DNA of 64,000 nucleotides from Pocillopora damicornis (Eukaryota): NCBI RefSeq assembly GCF_003704095.1, contig NW_020844790.1, positions 248,001 to 312,000 of the forward strand, read 5' to 3'. Shown piece by piece: positions 40,862 to 52,262 of this stretch (position 1 is its first letter; each line of letters starts with the position of its first letter). The notes under the pieces were generated by a model. It saw only the letters and a program-made list of their open reading frames with translations, ran no database searches and was not told where the DNA came from. The position numbers and the translations under genes were made by a program.

Positions 40862-43346
40862 GTTGATGACCACGGGTGAACTGTCGAGAGAAGAGAGACC
40901 TATCACGGACATTTCTTGATATTACCACGATTGGCTGCAAGTTTTCCAGCCTACTATTAACATTCTGGGCGTTCATTACAATATCCAGAAGCATCTCACT
41001 TGATATTTTCGAATAAAGGCTGGGCCGACAATGGAAATCATTGCAAAACTAGGTTTTAGTACGTTCACGGAACATCTAATAAGAAAATATGATATTTCAG
41101 CTCTATTACAGAGCCATAATTTTGAATGTTACAGGGATGTTAAACAAGTAGTAATTATACTTAAGATAATTAGCATGGTAGAAATTAAATACAATACATA
41201 ATTTTCGGCGTAGTAAATAAAAGAATCTAAAGAAGGTATCAGCGCACGCTAAATCATCTGGAGGTTTATAAACCTTCATAAATCGTGGGCTTACTGTTAT
41301 ATTATATTACTTTATATGAAACTGTTCAAGAAAACTTATCGGTGAAAAATTGTAGTTAAGATTTATGATTTCAAAATTATTGTAAACTACATCATCGAGA
41401 TGTTCTTAAAGACTGACAATAATCGAACCATCACAAGCGTAATCAGGAAACCCGAAAAAAACTAGCCATAGCTTTTTACTTTGTTGTTCAGTGCAGTGAT
41501 CGAAGGAGACATATTTTAGAAAGACGCTTAATCGTCACGCATGCTAGATACATTGATTCTCCGTGAGTTGTTTCCCCTTCTTCTCCATGAGAAACGCAGT
41601 TTTGTTGGGCCAATCACAAAATATTACACTCCGATCCTTCTATAAAAAATCCATCGTTCAAATTACAAGAGGGGGATTGTGAAATTAGTTGTAGTAGATG
41701 TGGATTTGCAACAGGCGCATGTTTAACTCGACTCTATTTCCCATAATCGAATTCAAACTATTTGCCCATCTAACGAGGTAAAAAAATATTCAAAAGCTTT
41801 AAATAATGTCACTTAAAAATATTCAGTAATATTTACCATTAGTTGGTGTAAAAAAAGAGAAATAACACATTCCAAGTGCTATTTTACATATCATTATCTT
41901 AGCAATGAGTTTATAACCGTAAATTTGAACTGTTTTTAATTACCTGTTTTGTAGAAGCTAGTTGAAATCTCCTTTTTTAGTTTGTCTCGAAGCCAAATAT
42001 TACAATGTCCTTGTCATTTTAGCTGCTACCTGTTAAGTTTGTTTTCAAAGCTCCAGGTTAAAGTAAACAGTTATGCTTACAATTATATTCTTTATTTATT
42101 TAAGATGTAAATCAAAACCGATTCGAGAAGTTCATATGTAAAAAAAACTATAGACCTATCGACCACCATGAATTTAAAAATGAGACTCGAAAATTATTCA
42201 AGATTTACGCCACGCTCCACCGAAGGAAACGTGATAAATCTTGCTCGAAAGATCCCTATCTTCATCGTCGCAAGATGTTACGTTATGGAATAGAGCATGC
42301 GTAGACTTTCGAATCTGTCGCCTTTCAGCAATCTTTCCGGTGTTTTCTTTTCGGTTGACCTCTTTTTCAGGCGTAGAAAGCCTATAAATATTACGTATGT
42401 GGTTGCTGGAAACGTAGATTTCATCACATTAAAACTGTACTGTGTTAAACTGGTTTTAACACACCTTTTCGCACCCAGATCTCGCGCGGTCAAAAAACCT
42501 TATGGAGCTTCCTTAAAACAGAATGGTTTTAGCATCAAGATTAATATTTACAACAGAATTCGACAGCACCTAAGCAATTATGCTAAGGCTCAGGCTTATG
42601 GAATAATCCCTTCGACTTCGTCGGGGATTATTCAACAATATCCACTTCGTCTTCGGTGAATAATTGTTACTTGGTACGAATCCCTGTTTTGTCGCCCAAA
42701 TCTAAATTTGCCATGCCCACATTTATAAATTATATTCCAGTGACAATAAAAATCCAAAGCCTTTCGGAGATATCTGCAATCATTTACCAAACCCTACAAC
42801 AGTTAAAAAAGTAATTAGAAATTATTTCTTTTGATTGTCTTTTAATTGTACTTCTGTTATAAGTCTCACCTGGACTTGATCGAGATCAAGTTTAGATGTG
42901 ACTTATAACAGATTTAAGAACCAACACTGTAGCACTTAATTAGGGCTCAGGATCATTTCTGGCTGTTTATGCATGGAGATGAATCAACAATAAGCAGACC
43001 GTAAAAGTATACTGCAGCTTGTCTTTTTTATATCTAATGCTTGATGGAATATACTACAACAGCGCGCTCTGATTGGCTTCTCAATCTCTGAACATCCTTT
43101 GCTACTCACCTCCGAGCAACTCGCCCGGGATTTGCGGCCGAAAATATAGTAACCCATGCAGGAATAAATAAGGATAAAGGATTAAAATCACTTTCCGTGC
43201 TATATTATTTCCCCGTTTTAATGTATAATAAAACAACTCTTCAACTCAGTCGGTAAGTCTAGTGGTGAATTTTAAATATCAATCAGAAACCTCCGCTTCG
43301 GTGCATACTTATTAATTATTTTACTATTATCCTTTATCGTTGAAAG

Positions 43347-43441
43347 TAAATTTGGTATCAACCGAGTTGATGACGTAAATTGGCCACCGCTAAGAGTTTA
43401 AAAGCTGATGTTTCGAGAGTTGGCCCTTCGTCTGAGCGAAA
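43347..43441 (-). mobile_element. Copy of the hammerhead-bearing dispersed repeat (core mutated)
   Basis: tttggtatcaaccgagttgatgacgtaaattggccaccgctaagagtttaaaagctgatgtttcgagagttggcccttcgtctgagcgaa. Confidence 0.6.
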
Positions 43442-43847
43442 GAGTTTCTTTAGGAACGTTTTATAAAACTTACCCTCTTTATTCGTTCAAAAGAGATACG
43501 TTATACTATTTTAAGTAATTATTGATTTCTTGTGCTTCAACTTGGTGGCGTAACACTGCCATTTAATTAATCGGACTGCAAAACATCTCTAATGCGGTAA
43601 GACATGAGTGGGAAAGCAGAAGCAGCGACCACCTTAAAAAGAACTACGATGGCACAGAATGGAGATAAAGAAAAAGAATTGAAATTGAAACACGTTATAA
43701 ATAAGGTTTATTTTTCAAGTTGCTAAAACCATACAGTAAACCATTCAAGGAGATAAATCTTACTGCCGCTTAATTTGAGAGATAGTGTAATTCAACAATT
43801 TTTCCGAATAAAATTTAGTTAGAGGGACATCGTCATCATGATTTGAT

Positions 43848-45518
43848 TTATTTTCTTTTACTTTCCGGCAAACATACTGAAGGTGGACCATCAATCTGCG
43901 GAAGAAAAGGAGAGAAAAAGAAAGTGAAAGAGCTTTCTAGAAAATGGGCCTGGTCACCAAGTGACAGAGAAAAATGCAAAAATAATTATTTGGAAATACT
44001 CTTGATGCAATATGCCCAGGCTCTTCAGTGTAATTATATCAGGATTTCAAATGTTAAAGTCCTTACAGTTGCGATAAAAAAATAGCCATCAGTATTGTGC
44101 TTTAAGTAGGGGTTTTCTATGTAGGTTTAATACACAATACGTAGAGTGCAATGGGAGAAAGCCGCCTCGCAGTGTTAGTGGTGTAAGGTTAGCTGTGTTC
44201 TTTTGTTCTCGTTTGTAAAGTATGTACATGAAAATAATTGACAAACCATAGAGAATAGACTCCATGATTGGCTTCACCCTTAATCCTTTAACTCCCAGAT
44301 CAAATTCGTTACTCTCTTTACTGTAAATGGTACAATTCTTATAATGTTAGTTCAGAGGATTTAGTATTGGATCAACTTATTATCCCCAAATTGATATTTT
44401 TCTTTATCCTCGTCGCTTATCTGGTTTATGTTGTATTGACTTGTAAGGAGAAATTCTGTCTTGGTCACTAATGGGAGTTTAAGGGTTAGACTCCTTTCAA
44501 CTTCTTACCTAGAAATATAAAGAGTTATTACATAATCATACAGTCATAATACGAAATGTCTTTAAAATGCATCGTCGAAACATGCATTACCTTCACTTTA
44601 AAATTAGGTTGTATGATACAACAGGCCCTTTGTTTCTCCTTGTTTCGGCCTCTGATGGCTTCACAAAAATCTCCTTTAATCTTGGTGTAACCATGCGGAC
44701 ATGCGCCGCTGTAGGGATCTGTAAAGAAACACGCAGCGAAGTCGCCATCGAAGGAATGTTCTGCTTTACTTAAATCGTAACTTTCACATTTTCCTTCCAC
44801 TGAATAGCCTATAAAGAGGATTGGTACAATCACTTTTCATTAAAACAGAGAAATTATTAGTCTTTAAACTCGAGAGAGGTTCGTTCATGGAGTGCTCAAA
44901 GTAATGAAAGTAACCGAATCTCATCTCAGTGTAAATCGCCGTTTACACTCTAAAAGCTGCAACTTAACTCTAAGTGAAAGTCAGAATATAAAAGAAAGAG
45001 GGAGAGAGGCTAAAAAAATGTTTCAATTCGATTATAAAGAAAAGAAAGGGGAATAGGAAATATAGTTAATGAGTGAAGAATAACAAGGAAACGGGCAGAA
45101 AAAAAGAACTGAAAAAAGTACTCATAAATAGCTCGTGGTTATCTCAGAAAATAAGGAAGGATAGTCAGGATATATCAAATTTCCTAAATTGGATAAAATT
45201 GCACTATTTCCTCTCGTTTGCAATATTTTTTCTGACTGGTTTCTTCTTAACGCTTGCAGTTAAGTGTAATCTATGTTCTATCTCTATCGCTCTTCTCCTG
45301 AAATCGAAATTGACATCTCGATCGCGCTCTATTGTTTAAGTGTTTCGTTAGAAAAAACTTCGGCAAGAGATGGTGATGTAGTTTGTATAGTCTTCTTGGT
45401 AAGCATCCATCGAGTCCTAACCATGACAAGAATCAAAATGTCAAAACCTCACAGAAGGAATCTTACCCAAAAGAAAAACAGACAGAGATGATATCCAGGC
45501 AAGCATCAACTTCATCAT
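43848..45518 (-). CDS. Small secreted 7-Cys peptide, paralog F (105 aa)
   Basis: Exons 45467-45518, 44591-44808, 43848-43895: MMKLMLAWISSLSVFLL|GYSVEGKCESYDLSKAEHSFDGDFAACFFTDPYSGACPHGYTKIKGDFCEAIRGRNKEKQRACCIIQPNFKVK|IDGPPSVCLPESKRK*. Confidence 0.88.
44280..44489. mobile_element. piggyBac-type MITE (copy 3), in intron 2 of paralog F
   Basis: ttaa-tcctttaactccc ... gggagtttaaggg-ttag termini. Confidence 0.6.
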
Positions 45519-45722
45519 TTACTTTGGCACATCGACACATGGAAAACTAAGTGAAAAAAAAGTAACGGAAAGAAGTTACAATCACAGTCATAAAAGGCCT
45601 TCATTCCAGACATTTCAGGACATTAACTCAAATTTTATTCTTTCTTGTTGTAATGCGAAGAGAGAATTAATTGGATGATTAATTGGAAAATCAAACATGG
45701 CAATGAATAGTAGAGATTCAAA

Positions 45723-46674
45723 GGCCGCGGCCGCACAACACGAGTTGACCGAGTTCAGTTTCTAATTATTTAATTGGAATTAACTGGGTAACAGAAAAAT
45801 CGTGGTGCGGCCGCTTTTTTCGGCTTTTCATCGAACTGAAGCTGGCTTAACGGTAAACATAGAAATGAATCGAAGAAAAAAAGGTTTATTAACCGAGTTT
45901 GGTTAATTTTAAAACACCTTTCTGCCCAGTTAAACCCAGGTTTGTGGTCTCTTATCAGTGCTGCATTTTGCTCTTTTTTTTTTCGCGAAATGTGCCAGTC
46001 ATCGCGGAGTGTGCGGGAGACGTTATCCTACGTAGCACGAACAGGTGCATAAGTTTATGATCACAGCGTCATGTAACAACAGCCACAACAACAAGTTACA
46101 TTTCTTAAGCGCCACACTCCAATTGCCACACAATTCTCTATCCATTGTAAAATGCTGCTCGGAGGCAAGAGTCATAAAAAGTGAAAGAATACAGTTGAGC
46201 GTTTAAAAAGGACTCGATGTTCATTCAAAAGGTCTCTACAGAAGCCACGCATGGCAGGATTCGCAACTTCCTCAAGCCATCGCTGATTTCTCGGATATAG
46301 CCAAACTGAGGGACAATTCAATCGACGGCGATGGAGAACACTCTGACATCTACACAAAATACACAACATATTCGAAAGAACTGCTTTGGAAGTTTGCGTA
46401 GGACGCATCGGAAGGAAGAGGGATTATAGTGAGTGTAGAGAAACGAAACGAAAAGAAAGAAAGAAGCGAGAAAATATCAATGTGGTCCTCGAAGTCAGCA
46501 TTTTTGTAGTTTCTCGAATGATGTCAAGTTCACCCTCTTCATTGCGGCCGTTCACAAAATATAACCCCAGCGTTTTATCGAAGCCAACCTTTCAGCGAGC
46601 TAAGTTTTTTAGAAATTTTAACCCGGTTTCTAATATAAACCAATTTAGTTAACTTTCTCAGCGCGGCCGCAGCT
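45723..46674 (-). mobile_element. Possible decayed PIF/Harbinger-like DNA transposon
   Basis: Imperfect inverted ends ggccgcggccgcac / gcgcggccgcagct. The internal minus ORF (VWLYPRNQRWLEEV...EHRVLFKRSTVF) resembles the N-terminus of Harbinger transposases. Confidence 0.35.
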
Positions 46675-48576
46675 TTTGACAATACTAATCTCTAGCCGTG
46701 TGTAGGATCTGCGTCCTAAATGAATCAGCTTTGGCCCAAATGAGAGATTAATTCGTTTTTTTCAATCATATTGCATGGCGGATTCTTATGACAACAAAGG
46801 GCTCAAGAACGTCTGTTATTTTAATCGATTTTCTCGTGTAACATTTTCGAAACATGATGCCAACTACAGAAAGCCCTTTCGCAGTAATTAAGTTAAAGAA
46901 TTATTTCACTAAAAATAACGGAAATCTAAAACTGAAATGAGTAGATTACCTCTTACGTCCTGGTCTTTTTGCAGCCCCTGAATTCGAAAGTGTTTTGTCA
47001 GCTACAGGTGTCGTTTTAGTGTAACTGGTACTCGAGTAAGCAATAGATTTCGGGTCAAATGAAGGTTCATTGATTTAGCCAAGCTGTCATTAATAGCGCA
47101 TGAATACTGTAAGTTATCTCTGTCGAGTTAGATGGACGAAAATTACCGTAAAAGAAACCGAGGCAAGGTGCAAAGCTAGACAGTTAATACCAAAGCACTC
47201 CTGCTGACGATAATTCCACAAAATAATTTTTAGGTTACCCTGCTGTGATGATTCCTCAAACATTGAGACAAATAGTTTGGTTTAATTAAGGTCAGGAGTT
47301 CCTACTTTTTATTCGTTTTTCCCCATTAAATTAGATTGTTTGTTCTACTTCTTGGTCGACTTCTGCTAGGAATTTTACCTGTGACCTAAATTAAAGCTCT
47401 GTTGCCTTTAGATATTCAAAGAAGAAATGAAAACCGGTGTGGATAAAGGGCAATGTTAGGACAAATATACAAGCTGACGACGCATTTAGTACATATCTAT
47501 TCAATTACACATAACTGACTATACCTTCGATAACTTAGAGAGGGAAAAGAAATTCCAAAACGATTATATAGCCAATGGCGTAATACGCACTCAGTGAAAA
47601 ATCTGTTGCAAATTGTATATTTCTTACAAATAAAAGTTGAAAACAAAGCAATTCAATTTATACCAGACTGCAGATTGCTTTGTCTGCACAACTCCGCTAA
47701 TGGATAAGACAATTAAACCTAATTTTCTGTAAATGAAGTTTCAAGAAAAGGACCGTGGTTCTTTTTATTCGACATTCTGTTTTGGATATAAGTAACATTC
47801 ATAATGATTTGAAATAAAAAACACAGATCCTGAAACATTGTACTTATTCACCATACCATATGGATTGCTGGTAAAACACCTAGCAAAAATGTTGTATAAT
47901 TTTCACCGGTGGTATTTACAGTTAAAGGTTTTTTTTTTCTGGTTTTCTAATGTGTCACCTGCTTATTTAAAAATGAATAGGACATAATATTTACTCAGGA
48001 AATATAGGTAATGAAAAGAACATTGATGTAATGTCTTTGTCTACTGAGTGAAGCAGTCATTTTATTATCGACGTGCCTCTGGTAACAATAAGGAATCTGG
48101 TTGCGTACACTTCACTAAAAGGTAATTACCATAAATATTTACAAAATGCAAGCTTGTCTTTCTTTGATGCAATTTTGATCAATCACATATTTTTTTTCCT
48201 CGTTTCTTTCTTTGTCATTTATTTATAATACCTTGCACAGACTTGAATTGTACCTATGATTTGTTGAGTCTTAATATATAACAATAATTAACAAAATAGG
48301 AATATATGATTAAACTTTCTTTTTCTCTGGGAAGAATATGAAACTTTCTTCATAGAAAAAAAAAAAGAGACGGTAATTGTTTTCGAACGTTAAAGTTAGA
48401 ATTGCTTCGAATAGGAGGTTTGATAAAAGGTTTCTATATTGGCACCAGTTGCTCAATCAATGTGTTAAATATGTCAGGTTTCATAAGCAAAATCGAAACA
48501 AAAAACAAGTACACGTTAAAACCTTATCACAGGTAGATGAGTGCAAAGAATGCTAAGTATCCTCTTTTTTGAGGCA

Positions 48577-48765
48577 ATTTGGTATTATCAACTGAGTTGA
48601 TAACGTAAATGGCCACCATAAAGAGTTTCAAAATTGACGTTTGGACCGTTAGCCCTTCGTCAGAGCGTTAGCCCTTTCCTCTTACGGAGGGCTAACGCTC
48701 GAAACATTAGCTTTGAAATTATTTACGCTGGCAAATTTACTTTATCAACTCGGTTGATAACACGT
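48577..48765. mobile_element. Two inverted copies of the hammerhead-bearing repeat
   Basis: tatcaactgagttgataacgtaaat...gttagcccttcgtcagagc is followed by gggctaacgctcgaaacattagc...atttactttatcaactcggttgataa. Confidence 0.65.
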
Positions 48766-49334
48766 ATTTTGTTCGCAGTGTTTTATTATCAAATTATATC
48801 CATTTTCGAGTCAAAAGACACCTCGTGGAAGGTAGCGCCGATGAAACAAAATATTTACTTGAATCTGATCTGCAATGAATGTTTAAGGAAAATGTCTCGT
48901 ATTAAAAGTAGTTTCCCGAGAATTTCAGGGAACACACTTCGACCAGCTTCGGACTAAACCAATATGCAATCGACTCCTGTTTTGATAAATTAGAAAACAT
49001 ATATCGCGTTTTCTTTTTCAAACAGAAATCTCACACACCTCAAATTTTCATGATAATTATAGCAGGTGTGTCCTATGAAATTCCGGATATTTGTCCATCT
49101 ACCCCAGCTGAGAATTAAGATTTTTTTTCCTTTTGATTCAATAAACCAAAAAAGGTGAACTTTTACATTCCATTCCAAATTCCAAACATTTAAATTCAAT
49201 AGCAAACAGGCTCCTACTATAGAAACGTTCGAGTAATCCTTTTAGTGATATTGTTTTTTTAATATTTTTTTTTCCATTGTAGAAGCTATACCAACCAACG
49301 GCTTACGTCGCCTAACCTCTCTCTGTGCTCCTCA

Positions 49335-52262
49335 ATGGATCGTTTTTATTTTTTAAGCATCTTTACCGTCTTTACCTTGCTAATATCTACTTCAAGTGCA
49401 CTACAGGAATGTACATGGGGTCAGGCTATTCACGATGCTCTGCAAGCAAGAGATCTCATGGTTGTTAATCTTAACAAACACCGTCAGAGCCCAACTCTCG
49501 AAAGGGCAGTAAACTTCATGGAGAGCCTCTATGAGCTTTACTTCCAGATCGATGGTCTGGGGTACCTGGACTTAAGCGTTAGGGAGAGCAACGAACAACT
49601 TATTAGCGTTCTCCTGAAGCAACCGAAAAAACCCATCGTGAAGCATCTACTTGCATTCAATCATCATACTTTAGAAGAAGATTACGAGAAAAGAGGTTTA
49701 GGTATTATGGTGCAAACTTTCCAGGATTATCAGAACTTTCTTTGCGTAAATGCGCTGTACTCAACTCTCAGCCATAGCTTCGAGGGATACGAACTTCCTC
49801 TTGACCTCATGTGTGACCCTATCAAAAACGAGCTCGGAACAAACACTAAACTTAGAAGTGAGAAACTCAACACCGAAAAGGTATGCAAGTCGGCTTTAGA
49901 GTGCTTTTGGGCAAAAAATAAAGCTCATACCTTTTGGATAAACCAGGGTCCTGACATAAGCACTGCATGTAACAAGCCAGGTACATCATGTGATATAGGA
50001 GAGGCCGTACCGATCATGGTATCGTTGCTTTGGTACAGAGTAAGTTATGTGATTGCACAAAGCCTTTGCCATAATCTTCCACAACATGATCTTCAGTCCT
50101 CTATAAAAACTGAGATTGACAATATCAAAGCCATGGCGTCTGACGTTAGGGCCTATTTCAGTACCTTGACATGGGACTTATTTTTGACTCAGGCCACAAT
50201 AGTGGGAGCATTCTCGGAGGTAGAGAAGGCCATGACTATACTGAAGCAGCACGAAAAATCACTTTACTCTTCTATTAAGGCTTGCAACTCACTCCAAGCA
50301 CAAGACGTTTGTATTATTAAGCGAATATATGCCGAGTATAAGGCTTTACAAAAAATGAAGCGGAAAAGAAGAGAGAAAACACGAGATTTGCGCCTTTTTC
50401 CTCGCGTTAATCATGCAAAACTAGTTGAACTGAGGAAAAAGACCCTTAAAGAAATCGAGGCTTTAGCCGTTTTATTGAAAGCTAAATCAGAATCTCGAAC
50501 GGCAAATACCTTAATCTCAGAATATTTTAAGGGTGTTAGTAAATATGATGAAAGAATTAGTGATCAGGACTTTGGATATGTCAAAGCAAAATTGACTGAA
50601 TTCAAAGTCAGAGCTGACAAACTTACAACAGAACTAGACTCACAAATCAGAGAAGTGTTAGTTACAGCTAATAGTGCCCTCGTTTTAGACGAATTAGTCA
50701 ATATAGCGGATGCATTTAACCCATTGAATTTATTTGACACCGACAAGCATTATGGTATTGCTGTGAATATAATGACGAAAGCAGCACAGATTGCAAAGGG
50801 TAGCATGGCACTTTTTGCTCTCGCTGATGTCGCCAGCGACACGGAGAAATTAGCACGCGATTTTCAGTGTAATACAGACCAAATGCGTTCGATGAAAGAT
50901 ATAATGGACAAAATAAAAGCAAATGATAAGGAAGGAGTTAATGAGCTTGCAGATGCATTCATCGAAGCATACGGAAACTATAACCCACAGGTCAGTCAGA
51001 GTCGATTGGCGAAAAACGACGAGTTATGGGGTACATTTAAAGAATTGGCCTGCGAACTGCTGTTTGAGAAAGTAGGAGCTGGAGGAAAAGCACTTGTAAT
51101 TGGAAAGGCCAAGAAACTACTTTGTGAAAAGTTGGACGGGACAATAGCTCAGCTAGGTACTCTCAGAGGTAACATATTTGACTTCCAGTTTGAACTTGTG
51201 GATATTATCGCTAAAATTGTCCGTGGAAATATCGGAACAGGATCCACGTACAAGAGCCAGGCTTCTCATTATAACTATCACATCACAAGCAAAAAAGAAC
51301 TATTTCTGGGTTTCTTAAAAGCACAAACACAACTTCAAACGGAGGCATCTTCGTATTGCGACAAAGTTGAGTACATGAATGAAGGGCAACCAATCGAGGT
51401 GTGTAAAAAGAAAAGGGGCCTTTTCAGTGAAGCCGACTTAGATGAACTCGCCGCCTACAATCCAGAGGTCAGTTACCATGTAGACGAACGATTTGTGTAC
51501 ATACCAACACAAGCTCAATTTCCCGGTGATCGAGGTTTTATCGACCTAACAAGGCTAACAACTGATGGCTCAGTACTTTTCCAACCACCCTTCAATAAGA
51601 CGTGGCTTAAACAGTTTAATTGGCTTGCAGCTGGAGAAACCAAAGCTCCCTTTGTTGAAAGCTTCAAGGTGTACCTCCCACGTAAGACCTACCCTAGCAA
51701 AGGAGAGCATCAATCATACCTGAAAACTCAAGTAACGCTGACTGCTGAAGCTTCCTGTAAAGTAGATATTTCCTCAGATGTTATGTACGACTTACCCCTG
51801 GAAAACACTCGTTATGTCACGAGGTATGTTGAAGGATATCCGCGATGTCCAGGCGGAAGGGAAATAAATAATCCTTACAGTCTTTGCAAAAATCTACCTG
51901 GTATTTGTGATTCCACTCAGCGAATACCGGGAAGAGGTATGATGCCGACCATTCTGACCACATGGAAACTAACATACAAAATGCGTTCAGGAAGGAACAA
52001 CGCAGCCCATTCCTGGAACGCACCAAACCCTGCGACCAATCTTCTGATCATCGCGAAGCTGAAGTTGCGCTACCTTCCGAATATGTTGCTCACTAAGAGG
52101 GACACTCTTCCAGTCAAAAGAAGTGTCCTTCCGCCTTTAGGATGCTGTCCCAGCGATCATTATCGTCCTAAGTGGAATGACAAAACATGCGAGGCCTGCC
52201 CAATTGAATTTCAATCCATTTCAATGTTGCGAGGCTATTATTGCGAAATGCCATCCAACTAG
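49335..52262 (+). CDS. Large secreted Cys-containing protein, 975 aa, intronless CDS, unknown family (paralog 1)
   Basis: 2.9-kb ORF with signal peptide MDRFYFLSIFTVFTLLISTSSA and 24 Cys. Splice acceptor in the 5'UTR near 49282 and AATAAA near 52777. Collinear similarity to 54312-57050 (FIEAYG.Y.P.V, CEKLDGT.A, IF.FQF.LVD, ERFVY.PT..QFPGD.G, APFVESFK.YLP, NPYSLC.NLP.ICD, PATNLL.IAK, GYYCE). Confidence 0.93.
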   Translation: MDRFYFLSIFTVFTLLISTSSALQECTWGQAIHDALQARDLMVVNLNKHRQSPTLERAVNFMESLYELYFQIDGLGYLDLSVRESNEQLISVLLKQPKKPIVKHLLAFNHHTLEEDYEKRGLGIMVQTFQDYQNFLCVNALYSTLSHSFEGYELPLDLMCDPIKNELGTNTKLRSEKLNTEKVCKSALECFWAKNKAHTFWINQGPDISTACNKPGTSCDIGEAVPIMVSLLWYRVSYVIAQSLCHNLPQHDLQSSIKTEIDNIKAMASDVRAYFSTLTWDLFLTQATIVGAFSEVEKAMTILKQHEKSLYSSIKACNSLQAQDVCIIKRIYAEYKALQKMKRKRREKTRDLRLFPRVNHAKLVELRKKTLKEIEALAVLLKAKSESRTANTLISEYFKGVSKYDERISDQDFGYVKAKLTEFKVRADKLTTELDSQIREVLVTANSALVLDELVNIADAFNPLNLFDTDKHYGIAVNIMTKAAQIAKGSMALFALADVASDTEKLARDFQCNTDQMRSMKDIMDKIKANDKEGVNELADAFIEAYGNYNPQVSQSRLAKNDELWGTFKELACELLFEKVGAGGKALVIGKAKKLLCEKLDGTIAQLGTLRGNIFDFQFELVDIIAKIVRGNIGTGSTYKSQASHYNYHITSKKELFLGFLKAQTQLQTEASSYCDKVEYMNEGQPIEVCKKKRGLFSEADLDELAAYNPEVSYHVDERFVYIPTQAQFPGDRGFIDLTRLTTDGSVLFQPPFNKTWLKQFNWLAAGETKAPFVESFKVYLPRKTYPSKGEHQSYLKTQVTLTAEASCKVDISSDVMYDLPLENTRYVTRYVEGYPRCPGGREINNPYSLCKNLPGICDSTQRIPGRGMMPTILTTWKLTYKMRSGRNNAAHSWNAPNPATNLLIIAKLKLRYLPNMLLTKRDTLPVKRSVLPPLGCCPSDHYRPKWNDKTCEACPIEFQSISMLRGYYCEMPSN

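Noticed and set aside
41837-41894. Alternative or orphan signal-peptide exon (MICKIALGMCYFSFFTPTN, phase 1)
   Set aside because: The hydrophobic core is weaker than 40804-40861, which has a better start context and donor. It has no Cys-core exon of its own. An alternative first exon for E cannot be fully excluded.
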